Below the pieces are notes generated by a model. The model made no database searches and was not told the origin of the DNA. It saw only the letters and a list, made by a program, of their open reading frames with translations. A program made the position numbers and the translations under genes. Positions 27,105 to 36,681 of a stretch of 64,000 nucleotides of DNA are shown one piece after another. Source of the DNA: a virus; the IMG/VR virus record IMGVR_UViG_2850037723_000002, positions 22,211-86,210 of that record. One strand, 5' to 3'. The stretch's first letter is position 1. Each line of letters starts with the position of its first letter.

Positions 27105-28535
27105 ATGAATGGAACAACGCTAGATCCCGCCATCGTGCGCGGGTGGAGTGATGTTACGCTTGAACTGAATGCCGTCGACCACTCCCTTCCGCCAGACAAA
27201 GCAAAAGCGCCGGGGCCCTGCGCATCGACTTATGCGATAGCACTCGCTCACGCAGCGATCGCGGATGCCTGCGCGCATGCACTTGGTACTTTCCGGCCAG
27301 CCTTGATGCTCAACGGGCCACGTACGGCGCCAACACAAATCGACCGCTTCGTCGGCGGTGCCGCTTATGGGTTTCTGTCCAGTCTCTTCACGGAGCCGGA
27401 GCACGTGGCGACGCTGGACAATGCCCGCATTCGCTTTCCGAACGGTGGAGCCGATTGGCAGTCCGGAATCGATCTTACCCAGCAACTCGTTGCCATCTGG
27501 GCACAAGGCAAGGTGAGAGAACGCGTGAACCCGGCCCAGCCCTTCTATCAGGAGTTACTGGGCCAACATCGGCCGGATCCATTGAACCGTGATCAGGGCT
27601 ACTACGGGCAGGCGTGGGCGGGTCAGACGGCGAGCGTTCAGAACGTCCCCGCAGAGCTGCAAGCTCCAATTGCACCGCTTGGCGTGCACATCAGAGAGCT
27701 ACAGTCAATCTGGAATACCCTCCGCCCTCCTAACTCGGCAACCTTCGAAGCCTCCGCACGTGATGTGAGCGCGCGAGGGGCGTTGCCGCCTGATGTCGGA
27801 AGAAATGGTCCGCAAGCCGACCAGCTGACGGTTGGCACATTCTGGGCGTATGACGGGGCAGCCGGACTGGGCACCCCGCCACGCCTCTACCTTCAACTAG
27901 TTTCGCAAGTAATCGATGCGCAGCGCGATCCGCTCGACGCTGCAGAGTGGGCGCGTCTTTTGGCGCTCTGTTCCATTGCCATGGCGGATGCAAGCATCGT
28001 CGCTTGGCAAGGCAAGTATGAGCACGCCATTGCTCGTCCAATCGTTTGGCTTCGCACGCTGGCGCCGGCCGAATTTCGTGATCCTAGCTGGACACCCCTC
28101 GGCTCACCGCGGTCAAGGCGGCCTAACCCAGGAGCCGCCGCGATCACTAACGTCGATGCGCAGGCCGTAATCGGCCGAACGATCGATCAGCAGAAATTCA
28201 CGCCGAACTTTCCTGCTTATCCCTCCGGTCATGCGGCGTTCGGCGGCGCGTGCTTTGCAGTTCTGGAGGTTTGGTTGAGAAGGGACCGGCTTCAGTCCGA
28301 CGGATCTCCGATCGCACTCTCTTCGGAGGAGCTCGACGCCCTTACCATTGATCCCTTTACGACGCGGCCGCGGCCAACGATAGGAGTAGACTTCGTCACG
28401 ACGGGTAAGCTCCGGGAGGCAAACCTGCAGAGCCGTGTCTGGATCGGGGTCCATTGGGACTTCGACGGATTCGATGGCGATCGTGCTGGCGCTGAAGTGG
28501 GTAGACGTGTGGCCGCAACACTCTACCGGTCCTGA
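27105..28535 (+). CDS. Vanadium-dependent haloperoxidase (chloroperoxidase-like, PAP2 superfamily)
   Basis: All three active-site motifs: K-x6-RP (KYEHAIARP), PAYPSGH and SR-x5-H-x3-D (SRVWIGVHWDFD); also FWAYDG...LGTPPRLY as in fungal VCPO. Confidence 0.85.
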   Translation: MNGTTLDPAIVRGWSDVTLELNAVDHSLPPDKAKAPGPCASTYAIALAHAAIADACAHALGTFRPALMLNGPRTAPTQIDRFVGGAAYGFLSSLFTEPEHVATLDNARIRFPNGGADWQSGIDLTQQLVAIWAQGKVRERVNPAQPFYQELLGQHRPDPLNRDQGYYGQAWAGQTASVQNVPAELQAPIAPLGVHIRELQSIWNTLRPPNSATFEASARDVSARGALPPDVGRNGPQADQLTVGTFWAYDGAAGLGTPPRLYLQLVSQVIDAQRDPLDAAEWARLLALCSIAMADASIVAWQGKYEHAIARPIVWLRTLAPAEFRDPSWTPLGSPRSRRPNPGAAAITNVDAQAVIGRTIDQQKFTPNFPAYPSGHAAFGGACFAVLEVWLRRDRLQSDGSPIALSSEELDALTIDPFTTRPRPTIGVDFVTTGKLREANLQSRVWIGVHWDFDGFDGDRAGAEVGRRVAATLYRS

Positions 28536-28630
28536 CGCATCTCAAACCTAGGTCTCCGCACAACTGGCTGAGCTCCTAGACCAACGCACCAAATGTAAAA
28601 CAACTGATTTTCTGAACGAGGGGGAGTAAA

Positions 28631-28966
28631 ATGAAAATCGTCCTCGTGTTCTTGCTTCAACTTCAGTTGGCACTTGGATTAATTCAGTTGAGCTGCGTAG
28701 ACGCGTTCGGGGCGGGGGACTCTGTGCAGTTGGCCCAGAGCGACGATCAGCGACGGCGAGCGGAAGAGGAAAGAAAACGGCAGTGCGAGCGCGACAAGGC
28801 TGATACACTGGCTCGCTGTTTAAGCAATGTGAGCTCAGCCTTTTCTAGTTGCGAAAGCGGTTGTAGTTCGAGTTCCGACCAGTTTGGTTGCCGTGACCGA
28901 TGCAGGTCTACGGAGAGTTCGAACAGAAGTAACTGCCATAGCGGAGTGAGCAGCATGTCCTGCTAG
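28631..28966 (+). CDS. Small secreted Cys-rich protein
   Basis: Signal-peptide-like N-terminus; eight Cys in the mature part; GGAG RBS. Confidence 0.7.
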   Translation: MKIVLVFLLQLQLALGLIQLSCVDAFGAGDSVQLAQSDDQRRRAEEERKRQCERDKADTLARCLSNVSSAFSSCESGCSSSSDQFGCRDRCRSTESSNRSNCHSGVSSMSC

Positions 28967-29330
28967 GGGGCTGAGCGCATCCGCCTGCACGGCGTCGACG
29001 CGCCAGAGAGCTGGCAAGATTGCCGGGACGCGGCAGAGAATGACTACAGGTGCGACAATGAGGCTGCCGCGGCGCTCGATCGATTCCTAGCTGCCTCCCG
29101 CCCTACGCGCTGCCGATTCGTCGAACGCGACAGGTACGGGCGCTTCGTGGGCGTATGCTTTCGCGCCGACGGCCGTGAGGTCAACCGCTGGCTGGTCGCG
29201 AGCGGCAATGCGGTGGACTGGGAAAAGTACAGCAAGGGCGAGTACGCAGGCGCTGAAGGTTTTGCGAGGTCCCGTGGCGCCGGTATTTGGCGCGGCAAGT
29301 TCGAGTTGCCGTGTCAGGCGCGCCGAACCG
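28967..29330 (+). pseudogene. 5'-truncated thermonuclease (SNase-like) gene
   Basis: Hand-translated GAERIRLHGVDAPE...DRYGRFVGVC...VNRWLVASGNA...ARSRGAGIW; no start codon in front of the domain and no N-terminal DGDT motif. Confidence 0.75.
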
Positions 29331-29432
29331 GCGAAGCACCAACCGTCGTGCTGACGGCGCCTGCCGAGGGCTGTTGTACCTGGCCGCGAAAAGTGCTTCC
29401 TATGCCCTCAGAAATTGTTCAAGGGGCATGTA

Positions 29433-30701
29433 ATGCAGATTCTACGGACGGGGCGTCTGAACGACAAGCGAGTGCTGAAGCTGGCGGAAGAATTCAGCCG
29501 GCAACACGGGAGATCCGGCGGCCAATTGAAAATCGCCAGCAGGAACATTCCCTACGAAACCGATCACGCGAAGGCGTTGTTCGATAAGCCGTCGGCCTTT
29601 CTGATTGATGCAGTCGACATAACCTCCGCAGATAATACGCTGGTACTCCGATTTAGAAGAGGTGTTGGCGGTCAAGAACAAAACATAGACCAGGGTCGAA
29701 CAGCTTCCCCTTTCTATGACGAGGTCGCCGTAGAGGCCCAACGAAATCCTGCCCCCTCCCCCGAAGCCATTGTCGAATGCCTGACTCTGGTCCAGAAGCA
29801 CTTAGTTATCCCAGACGCCACTACGAGCGATGAGGCCCGCGACCTTCTCGGCGCCCAGTATGCACGTCTCAATGACCTGTTTACGGAACTTACGCAGACC
29901 GGGCACAAGCGACTTCTAGAACTGGATGAGCTGCACGCAAAAAGACTGGGCGAATTATCGGAGAGGGAACGACTGCTCGAGGAAGGGATCACGCAGCGCA
30001 AAGCGGAGCTAGAGCAGGAGTATCAGGACAGGTCGCGCGACCTTAGGAGACGCGAAGAAGACCTTAATAACCGGGCCCACATGCATGCTCGCCGCACGCT
30101 GGGAAAAGAGATTACTGACAAAATACAGGGCCGTTTGGAAAAAGCGATGCTTCCCCGCCGCACATCGATGATCAGTTGGGGAATCTTCCTGCTGACCATC
30201 TTAGGTTCTTGCGGGCTCGCCTGGCTCGCTTACTTCAGCCTAACTGAATTCGCCACGTTTGTTGGCGCGGCTACAACGGCGGGGGCTCTTATGGACCGTC
30301 CGGTGGCGCTTTTTCTGTTGCTACGCGGTACGCTTGCTGCCTTCGCGTCCGTCGGTTTCCTTGTTTACGCCATCTCGTGGCTTAAGACGATTTACCATGA
30401 CGACGTCCGGGCCCGTCGGGAATTGGAGCGATACTCAATTGACCTAAGCCGAGCAAGTTGGGCGGTCGAGACCATCATGGAAGCGAAAGCGAACAACGAG
30501 GCTGCGATCCCAGACGCCCTTATCGATGGCGTGACAAGGCACCTGTTTGACTCCGCCCGGAATGGGCGGCCCAAGGGTGAAGAACCGGCGCTTGCAACGC
30601 TACTTCGATCGTCTGCGACTGCGAAGTTCGGCCCCAACGGCGCCGAATTCGAAGTGAACAGGAAGGGCGCGAACCGCCTCGCGGATAGCTTAGAAGAGTA
30701 G
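29433..30701 (+). CDS. Hypothetical membrane protein (coiled coil + two TM helices)
   Basis: Long coiled coil followed by two hydrophobic segments. Confidence 0.7.
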   Translation: MQILRTGRLNDKRVLKLAEEFSRQHGRSGGQLKIASRNIPYETDHAKALFDKPSAFLIDAVDITSADNTLVLRFRRGVGGQEQNIDQGRTASPFYDEVAVEAQRNPAPSPEAIVECLTLVQKHLVIPDATTSDEARDLLGAQYARLNDLFTELTQTGHKRLLELDELHAKRLGELSERERLLEEGITQRKAELEQEYQDRSRDLRRREEDLNNRAHMHARRTLGKEITDKIQGRLEKAMLPRRTSMISWGIFLLTILGSCGLAWLAYFSLTEFATFVGAATTAGALMDRPVALFLLLRGTLAAFASVGFLVYAISWLKTIYHDDVRARRELERYSIDLSRASWAVETIMEAKANNEAAIPDALIDGVTRHLFDSARNGRPKGEEPALATLLRSSATAKFGPNGAEFEVNRKGANRLADSLEE

Positions 30702-30861
30702 GCGCTGCTTCTCGACCACCTGAAAGCCGCCGCCCCGCGCCTCCCAGGTCAGCGGCCAAGATAGTGCGACACCGCAGCAATAGCCGCGCTCGATTTTGTC
30801 TTTTGATAAGGGAAAAGGCTTTTTCGGCCGGCGTTAATTGAGCGAGTGGCGGGAGCGCCGA

Positions 30862-31320
30862 CTAGGAACCGCCAAACCCCGTCTTTGCTGCTTCGGCCGC
30901 GAGAGACGGTACGTTGACGTGATCAACGTCGTCGTCTTTGAAGCGCCTGAACGCCCCGATCAGCAGCATAATAGTAATCGTGGTAATGGACGCTACTGGG
31001 CCTATAAACATTGCGATTGCTACGGCTTGCGGAACGAGAACGAATGGCCCCCAGAAGTACGTGTGCACTCCATGACCCAGCACATACCCCATAAACGCCA
31101 TGGCAACAATCGAGATCCCGAACGCGGCATATCGCATGCGGATACGCTGCTTTATCTCGCTGATGAGTAGATCTCGGTGTCTGGCTTCCGCGCTGAGCTC
31201 TGCTAAATCAGCGTTCTGTTCTAGATCAGCAATGCGCCGCTCTAGCTCGCCTAGAGCGGACGCTTCCGCAGGAGGAATGTTATCAACAGGAGGTTTGGGA
31301 GACTCGACCTTTACGTTCAT
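30862..31320 (-). CDS. Two-TM membrane protein; candidate toxin partner of the Panacea antitoxin
   Basis: 10 bp downstream of the DUF4065 gene, same strand; two hydrophobic helices. Confidence 0.65.
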   Translation of the reverse strand: MNVKVESPKPPVDNIPPAEASALGELERRIADLEQNADLAELSAEARHRDLLISEIKQRIRMRYAAFGISIVAMAFMGYVLGHGVHTYFWGPFVLVPQAVAIAMFIGPVASITTITIMLLIGAFRRFKDDDVDHVNVPSLAAEAAKTGFGGS

Positions 31321-31330
31321 GCCCGCGACG

Positions 31331-31777
31331 CTACGCCCGCGCTCTCTTCTGCTGATAGTGCGGCAGGATCAGGTCGTCAGTGATTGGCGAGAACAGTCCA
31401 CCATTCTTGATTGCGGTGTCCCACGGGCCACCAGGCTCGTGCGTGAGATCGGACAGTGTCATCGCAGGGAGCTTGCCATACCCCGAATATATTTGCTCGA
31501 GCAAATGAGCATCGTGAGGGGCAACTTGCGGACCTAGCGCCGGCACAGGCGCAGTCGGCGTGACGCCCTGTCGACGGAACGCGTTGTACACGTCCGGAAT
31601 GACCGGGCCATACTTCCACGCTTCGATCTTGTTCATGATCAGGGGGGAGCGCCGCATTTCGAGATGCCACCCGTGCGAAATATAGACGAGCTTCAGCAAC
31701 TGCATGATCGACAGCGTACGCCGATCTTGGGCAGCGCGATTAACGAACCAGTTGGCTATCTGTCGCGCATCGTACAT
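31331..31777 (-). CDS. Panacea (DUF4065/SocA/GepA-like) antitoxin
   Basis: IANWF...LSIMQLLKLVYISHGWHL...IEAWKYGPVIPDVY...LSDLTH..GGPW signature. Confidence 0.9.
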   Translation of the reverse strand: MYDARQIANWFVNRAAQDRRTLSIMQLLKLVYISHGWHLEMRRSPLIMNKIEAWKYGPVIPDVYNAFRRQGVTPTAPVPALGPQVAPHDAHLLEQIYSGYGKLPAMTLSDLTHEPGGPWDTAIKNGGLFSPITDDLILPHYQQKRARA

Positions 31778-32035
31778 ATTGCCCTCCTGTTCGCTAGCGT
31801 TTGATTCTGCAGTCTATATAGGATGTGTTAACACAATTGCATAGGATATGTCCCACTCGCAATTGGTGGCCACCTTCGACGCCGGCCAATCGCTTTCCTG
31901 CTCGCCCACGCGACCGGAGGCGCTCCCGTAATCAAAGAGGGTCACCGAATAGTTCTTGTTCGGGCTTCATCCCCGAACACCGCGATGCTGCCGACTTGAT
32001 TCCTAGATCTGCAACACTGAGCCGCTTCCTGACTT

Positions 32036-32428
32036 TTACCGCCGAAGCTGTCTACCCTCGCGCTGACTGGCCTCAATCCTCTGCAGGATCTCCCTCGTCA
32101 CGCGCATGTCGGCCGCAAGACTGTTGAGCGTGTTCTCGACGGCCCGCATCGAAGTTGCCGCCTCCGCCGCCTGCTTCTCGACCGACGAGATCCTGAGCTC
32201 GTGATTGTCGAGCTGCCGAATGGTCGCCTCGACGCCGGTCAACCGCTTGTCGAGCCGATCGAGCGCGTTGGCGTGCGCGCCCTGATTAGCACCCACCCGC
32301 TCCCATGTCATACCCCAGGCAACAAGGCTGCTGCCAAACCCGACGAGGATCGCCAAGGTATTCAGATTCCATTCAAACTTCCACGTCGGCGCTTTCATGG
32401 TGGTTGTCTCTTCGGTTAAGTTGCTCAA
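32036..32428 (-). CDS. Membrane-anchored coiled-coil protein at the end of the lysis cassette
   Basis: N-terminal TM (WNLNTLAILVGF) plus heptads. Confidence 0.65.
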   Translation of the reverse strand: MSNLTEETTTMKAPTWKFEWNLNTLAILVGFGSSLVAWGMTWERVGANQGAHANALDRLDKRLTGVEATIRQLDNHELRISSVEKQAAEAATSMRAVENTLNSLAADMRVTREILQRIEASQREGRQLRR

Positions 32429-32451
32429 GGCCCTGCCCCTCGTATGCGATG

Positions 32452-32670
32452 CTATTTTCCGCAGCCGGCCAGAGCGTGGCAGGTGCGATTATGTGCCGCC
32501 ACCTGTCGGGCAAATGGCTGGTCATTTGCGATGATGAACCGTCGTGTTGTCGGCGACGGAGTGAGGATTTCGAAACCGGCGCCCTCAGTCACACCGCTTG
32601 TCTTCGAGCACCCAGCGACCACCAAGAGCAGCGCACAGGCCCGCATCATCGAGAGAACGGATCTCCGCAT
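32452..32670 (-). CDS. Putative o-spanin (lipoprotein)
   Basis: Lipobox LLVVAGC; overlaps the 3' end of the i-spanin gene in another frame. Confidence 0.65.
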   Translation of the reverse strand: MRRSVLSMMRACALLLVVAGCSKTSGVTEGAGFEILTPSPTTRRFIIANDQPFARQVAAHNRTCHALAGCGK

Positions 32671-32863
32671 TGGTGCGGCTCCTTTGCTGGATGATTTCCA
32701 TCGACCGCTTGAGCGCGGCCGCACGTTCCATAGCCCGGCCCTCATCTCTGGCCCCAGGGAGCCATAGGAGAGCGTTGACGGCCGAGAACAGCAGGAAGCC
32801 GCCGACACCACCGATCGCGTACTGACGGGCTCCCCAGAGGGTATAGAAAAGGCTGACAATCAC
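32585..32863 (-). CDS. Putative i-spanin
   Basis: N-terminal TM plus helical periplasmic part; GTGA overlap with the holin. Confidence 0.6.
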   Translation of the reverse strand: MIVSLFYTLWGARQYAIGGVGGFLLFSAVNALLWLPGARDEGRAMERAAALKRSMEIIQQRSRTNAEIRSLDDAGLCAALGGRWVLEDKRCD

Positions 32864-33063
32864 TTGGCCCATCCGAGGCGACGGGCGAGGAAATACCAGG
32901 CTTCTGAAACGGCGCCAGCGATGACGCCGGCCGCCACCTGTAGGGCCATTGTCACGTCAGGATCATTCGAGAGGTCAACGCCAACTTCCGGGGCAAGCAG
33001 CCCCTTGGCCACAAGTATGCCGGCGCCGTAGCGAAGGGCAATGCGGATATAGATGGCGAGCAT
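32860..33063 (-). CDS. Putative holin
   Basis: 67 aa, two hydrophobic segments, basic C-terminus; follows the endolysin. Confidence 0.6.
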   Translation of the reverse strand: MLAIYIRIALRYGAGILVAKGLLAPEVGVDLSNDPDVTMALQVAAGVIAGAVSEAWYFLARRLGWAK

Positions 33064-33064
33064 G

Positions 33065-33781
33065 TCAGCCTCCACAGAAGACGCCGAAGAGCGAGCATGG
33101 GATGGAAGAGAGCCACGCGCCGAGGCCTAGGAGGGCCGCGCCGATCAGTGCGGCGAACCCGCGCCCGTTCGACTTCTGCGGTTCTGCCTTAGGCGGCACT
33201 GGCGCCGGCTTCATTGGGGCATCGGTCGGCCGGCGCGCAACATCGAGAACATGCGTCAGCACAGCCTCGACTTTCTCCGGCTTCACGAGCGCCTTGTTGA
33301 GTCCGTCACCGGCATAGAAGCTCTGCCCGCGCTTGATGAAGCGGTGCGACCCTTTGCAGTCGGCCAAGACAGGGAACGACGCCCATTCCATCGCCAGACG
33401 GCGCGCGAAGTCGACAAGTGTAATCTTGCCGGTCACAACCTCCTCGTAGCCGCGGCGCTTCAGCAGGTGATAGCCGAGGCGGTCTTGAAGTTCTGGGGTG
33501 AAGATATCCGTTCCCTTGATCGACGGGATTTCCCTCGCGAGGCCGATCAGTGTGGCGCGCATGAACTGATACGCCCCGGCCGCGCTCGATCCGTGGTTTT
33601 TCGACCACTTCCGTTGCTCATCGACGATATCGCCGTAGTTCATCGTCGTGAGCGGCTGCTTCAGCTTCCCCTGCTTGTTGGCGTAGATCACGTCATAGGA
33701 CGCGCGGTCGCTCCGGCCGACTTCCGTCTCTCGGATGAAGTCGAGCAGGATCGCCGCGCCGGGAGGCACGGTTTTATCCAT
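33065..33781 (-). CDS. Endolysin, lambda-lysozyme-like muramidase/transglycosylase
   Basis: LLDFIRETE, YDVIY, SSAAGAYQF, FTPELQD and EWASFP motifs. Confidence 0.88.
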   Translation of the reverse strand: MDKTVPPGAAILLDFIRETEVGRSDRASYDVIYANKQGKLKQPLTTMNYGDIVDEQRKWSKNHGSSAAGAYQFMRATLIGLAREIPSIKGTDIFTPELQDRLGYHLLKRRGYEEVVTGKITLVDFARRLAMEWASFPVLADCKGSHRFIKRGQSFYAGDGLNKALVKPEKVEAVLTHVLDVARRPTDAPMKPAPVPPKAEPQKSNGRGFAALIGAALLGLGAWLSSIPCSLFGVFCGG

Positions 33782-33913
33782 CTGATTTCCTTTCTTGGTG
33801 AAACCTTCGAACTGAGGAGCGAATGAGGCACACGTCCGCAGGCAGCCCATTGCGCCGCTACATCGTTGGGCTAAAACTGTGCCGCGCAGATTTTTTCGGG
33901 AATAAAGGACCCT

Positions 33914-34243
33914 ATGATCAACAAAGAAGCAGGCGAAGGTCCCTTGGACGAGTCCGATATGCTCGACGCGATATTGAACTCGGGAATAGAGACAGTGAAG
34001 GCAGGCCGAGCCCGCCTCCGGCTCGCCCTACCCCAACATCGCGACCTCGTGGTCGGCAACCACAGTCTGGCATTTAGAAGTCTGTGCACAGCCTACGAGG
34101 TCGCCGCGTTGACCGTCGAAGACCTCCGCAAGGAAATCCCCCGCCGCGAGGAGCTGCTGGAGGAATATGAAAAGCTCTGCCGCGACATTGAGGCCGATGC
34201 GGTCGCAATGCTGGAGGGTGAGACCAGCAATCGGTGGCGCTAG
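33914..34243 (+). CDS. Hypothetical protein (moron)
   Basis: AAGGA RBS; 109 aa, opposite strand to the late operon. Confidence 0.6.
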   Translation: MINKEAGEGPLDESDMLDAILNSGIETVKAGRARLRLALPQHRDLVVGNHSLAFRSLCTAYEVAALTVEDLRKEIPRREELLEEYEKLCRDIEADAVAMLEGETSNRWR

Positions 34244-34257
34244 GCCGACCTAGTTGA

Positions 34258-34488
34258 TCACTCATCCGTCGCAAGATTCCCGTTGGTCAGCATTTGCATC
34301 AAGGCCAGTTCCGTTCGAACTCCCTGCTGATACAAGTGAAAGAGCATCCTTCCCAATTCGGTGCCCCCGTCGCTGTCGGGCTCCAAATCGTTTTCTCCGC
34401 ATGCATAGAAATGCACCCTGCGAAGCATTGCTATTTCGTCGTCGCCGATCCCCATGTCCGAAAAGCGAAGAGCCATCTGATCCTCCAC
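34258..34488 (-). CDS. Hypothetical protein
   Basis: Small ORF with helical protein-like composition; start uncertain. Confidence 0.45.
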   Translation of the reverse strand: MEDQMALRFSDMGIGDDEIAMLRRVHFYACGENDLEPDSDGGTELGRMLFHLYQQGVRTELALMQMLTNGNLATDE

Positions 34489-34928
34489 TTTTAAGAAACG
34501 CTGCGAAGATTTTTAGATATTGGAACGGGGAGCTTGCTTTTCCAGATGGGCGGCGCGCTCCTACGGCGACTCGGAAGTCGGCAACTCCGCGATGAACTCT
34601 TCTTCGAGGTCCGGCTGCGCGCGCTCGCCGGCAGTCACCTTTGCCATCCCGCCAGTCGCATAGGTCCACAAGCCGCGTCGCCCTTGCGCGTGGCGTAGCG
34701 CGGCTGAACAAGCTAATATTAGGAGGCTCGCAACTTAACACTGCGGCTCGACGCTGTACGGAGGGGCAAATGCAGCGCACCGATCGAGAGAAAAAGCATT
34801 ACGACCACGATTTATTGATGATCTCAGCGTCAACGGTTTCCGCTCTGCTGGTCGTTGGCGGAGCGTTGCTTATGCTGGTTTTGTGATCTACCGGCTGCTC
34901 AGATGCTGGTAGCGGTTGCTCAACACAT

Positions 34929-35432
34929 TTAGAGAACGATTGCAGCCGTCCACATCTCGTCGATCTGCTGTTCGGACAGCGCAAGCGCGGCGCCTACCGT
35001 GCCGACGAGCGGGTGCGTGCGGTTGAAAATGGTGGCGTATTCCCACTCGACTTGGGCTTTATCCTTGTCGGGACCGGCAGCCATGCCGTCGATCGTAGCC
35101 GTAACCTGAGACGGGGAGATGCCAGCGTTGAGCAGACCCAGGCGAAGCTGGCGCGCAGTAAGCGGTGGCATAACCGCCCGCGCTTCCTCTGGCGTCGGTG
35201 GCGGCGGCTCAAAGGCTGTGAGCGCCCCATTCTGCCAACGCCAAGCATCAGGATATTCGATGAGACGCCTGTGGTTTTCAGGGCTGATCTCTGCGGCGAC
35301 AGCAGGGATCGCCGGGTTGGGGAACACTTCCCCATCCAGGTCGATCGGCGGGTAGAGGTCGTCTGTCCAAAAGCCGGAGGCCCGGCCGGCGACATCGAAC
35401 AATGCATAAATTTTCATGGTCATGACCCCCAT
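34929..35432 (-). CDS. Tail fibre-associated (assembly/chaperone-like) protein
   Basis: Directly after the fibre gene; LTARQLRLGL...EWEYATIFNRTHPLV...LSEQQIDEMW. Confidence 0.65.
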   Translation of the reverse strand: MGVMTMKIYALFDVAGRASGFWTDDLYPPIDLDGEVFPNPAIPAVAAEISPENHRRLIEYPDAWRWQNGALTAFEPPPPTPEEARAVMPPLTARQLRLGLLNAGISPSQVTATIDGMAAGPDKDKAQVEWEYATIFNRTHPLVGTVGAALALSEQQIDEMWTAAIVL

Positions 35433-36580
35433 GCGAACCAGTTGACACGGACAGCCTGACTCGCTGCACCTGGGCTTATGAATGAGAAGCCGTTACCGGC
35501 GATCGGCGTCACTATTTTGATTGTCGATGCCGGAACGTTGGTGTCACCAATGACGCCGACGACCGAATTGACCGCGGTGGGGAATGATGTCGGGAAGAAG
35601 ATAGTTCCACCCGCGTTACTGTTGGTCGTGACGACGCTGGAGCCAATCTGAAGGATGAGGCCATTAGGAAATTTCACCCACCCAGAAGATGGTGCGCCAC
35701 CAGCATCAGCCGACTTCCAGAAGGCGCTAGCGTGCAGGCCGTCTACCGTGTCAGCGTTACCGGCGCTCGCGGCATAATTCACGCTGAAGTTGGACGGGTT
35801 GTAGACGTACATGTTTGTGCCGTCGTTGCCGCCCCAAAGCCAGCTCGGTTGGCCGCCTTGGCCGCTCCAATGGAAAATCATTTCAGTGGCGTCAATGTTA
35901 CCGTTAGCCCGCAATTTAGTCGCCGAGCCACGAATTCCGATCGGCCAACGATAGTCAAAATTAGACGCATCGACCGTCAACCGAAGAGTTGAGTCTCCCG
36001 TGCTTGACCATCCGATTTTGACGGCGCTTGTGCTCTGTTGAGTGCCAGTACCCTGCTGGACAGGGGTAAACCCAAGAGCCGCCTGCGCTCCGAGGTTCGA
36101 GCGCGCTGTCACGGCGTCCGAAGCACCTGTGCCGCCGTTGGCGACGGCGAGGTCAGTGCCGGACCAGTTGCTATCATTGACCGAATTGGCCGTAGACAAG
36201 GAACCGAGGCCGATGGTCGAGCGCACCGCCGCAGCATCCACGTCATCGAGGATCGTCCGCGCAAAGGGCGTGAGCGCCGTCGTGGCGTAGACGTCAGCCG
36301 CTGTCGTGTAGATCATCTGATTGGCCGAGGTCGTCAGCCCGGCAATCGAGGCGAGGCCCGGGTCGTAAGCCTGCACGTCACTGCCTATCGCCACCCCGAG
36401 ATTCGTCCGCGCGCTAGTTGCGTTCGTCGCGCCGGTACCGCCGGCCGTGACGGGGCGGGCTGAGTTGGCATCCGCCGTCAGGTCATCGACGAACGCATTG
36501 TAGGGCACGCTCTGGATGGTCGTGTTGGACACGCCTTTCGTGCCCGCAGGAGGGGAATAGACGCCACCAGTTCTAGGCAT
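35420..36580 (-). CDS. Tail fibre protein
   Basis: Repeated GGTGAxxAxxARxNLG motifs; C-terminal GWVKFPNGLILQ...FPTSFP domain. Confidence 0.85.
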   Translation of the reverse strand: MPRTGGVYSPPAGTKGVSNTTIQSVPYNAFVDDLTADANSARPVTAGGTGATNATSARTNLGVAIGSDVQAYDPGLASIAGLTTSANQMIYTTAADVYATTALTPFARTILDDVDAAAVRSTIGLGSLSTANSVNDSNWSGTDLAVANGGTGASDAVTARSNLGAQAALGFTPVQQGTGTQQSTSAVKIGWSSTGDSTLRLTVDASNFDYRWPIGIRGSATKLRANGNIDATEMIFHWSGQGGQPSWLWGGNDGTNMYVYNPSNFSVNYAASAGNADTVDGLHASAFWKSADAGGAPSSGWVKFPNGLILQIGSSVVTTNSNAGGTIFFPTSFPTAVNSVVGVIGDTNVPASTIKIVTPIAGNGFSFISPGAASQAVRVNWFAWGS

Positions 36581-36681
36581 GGGCATTCTCCATGGAATTC
36601 GACTTTTTGTTTTCCTGTTGACTCTGATCGCCAATAAGTTGTTACATCCACCAGTCGCTTAGGGGGCGAAGGGGAAACATC

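Noticed and set aside
22653..31800. Cargo region as a separate integrated island
   Set aside because: No own integrase or second att pair found, and its left arm is the inverted-repeat partner of the LSR2 arm, so it belongs to prophage 2
31850..32035. Possible gene remnant next to the lysis cassette
   Set aside because: Too short and no motif I can support
34905..34915. GCTGGTAGCGG, an 11-bp match to the att core region
   Set aside because: Lacks the AGG end containing the inferred crossover dinucleotide and has no arm repeat; compatible with chance
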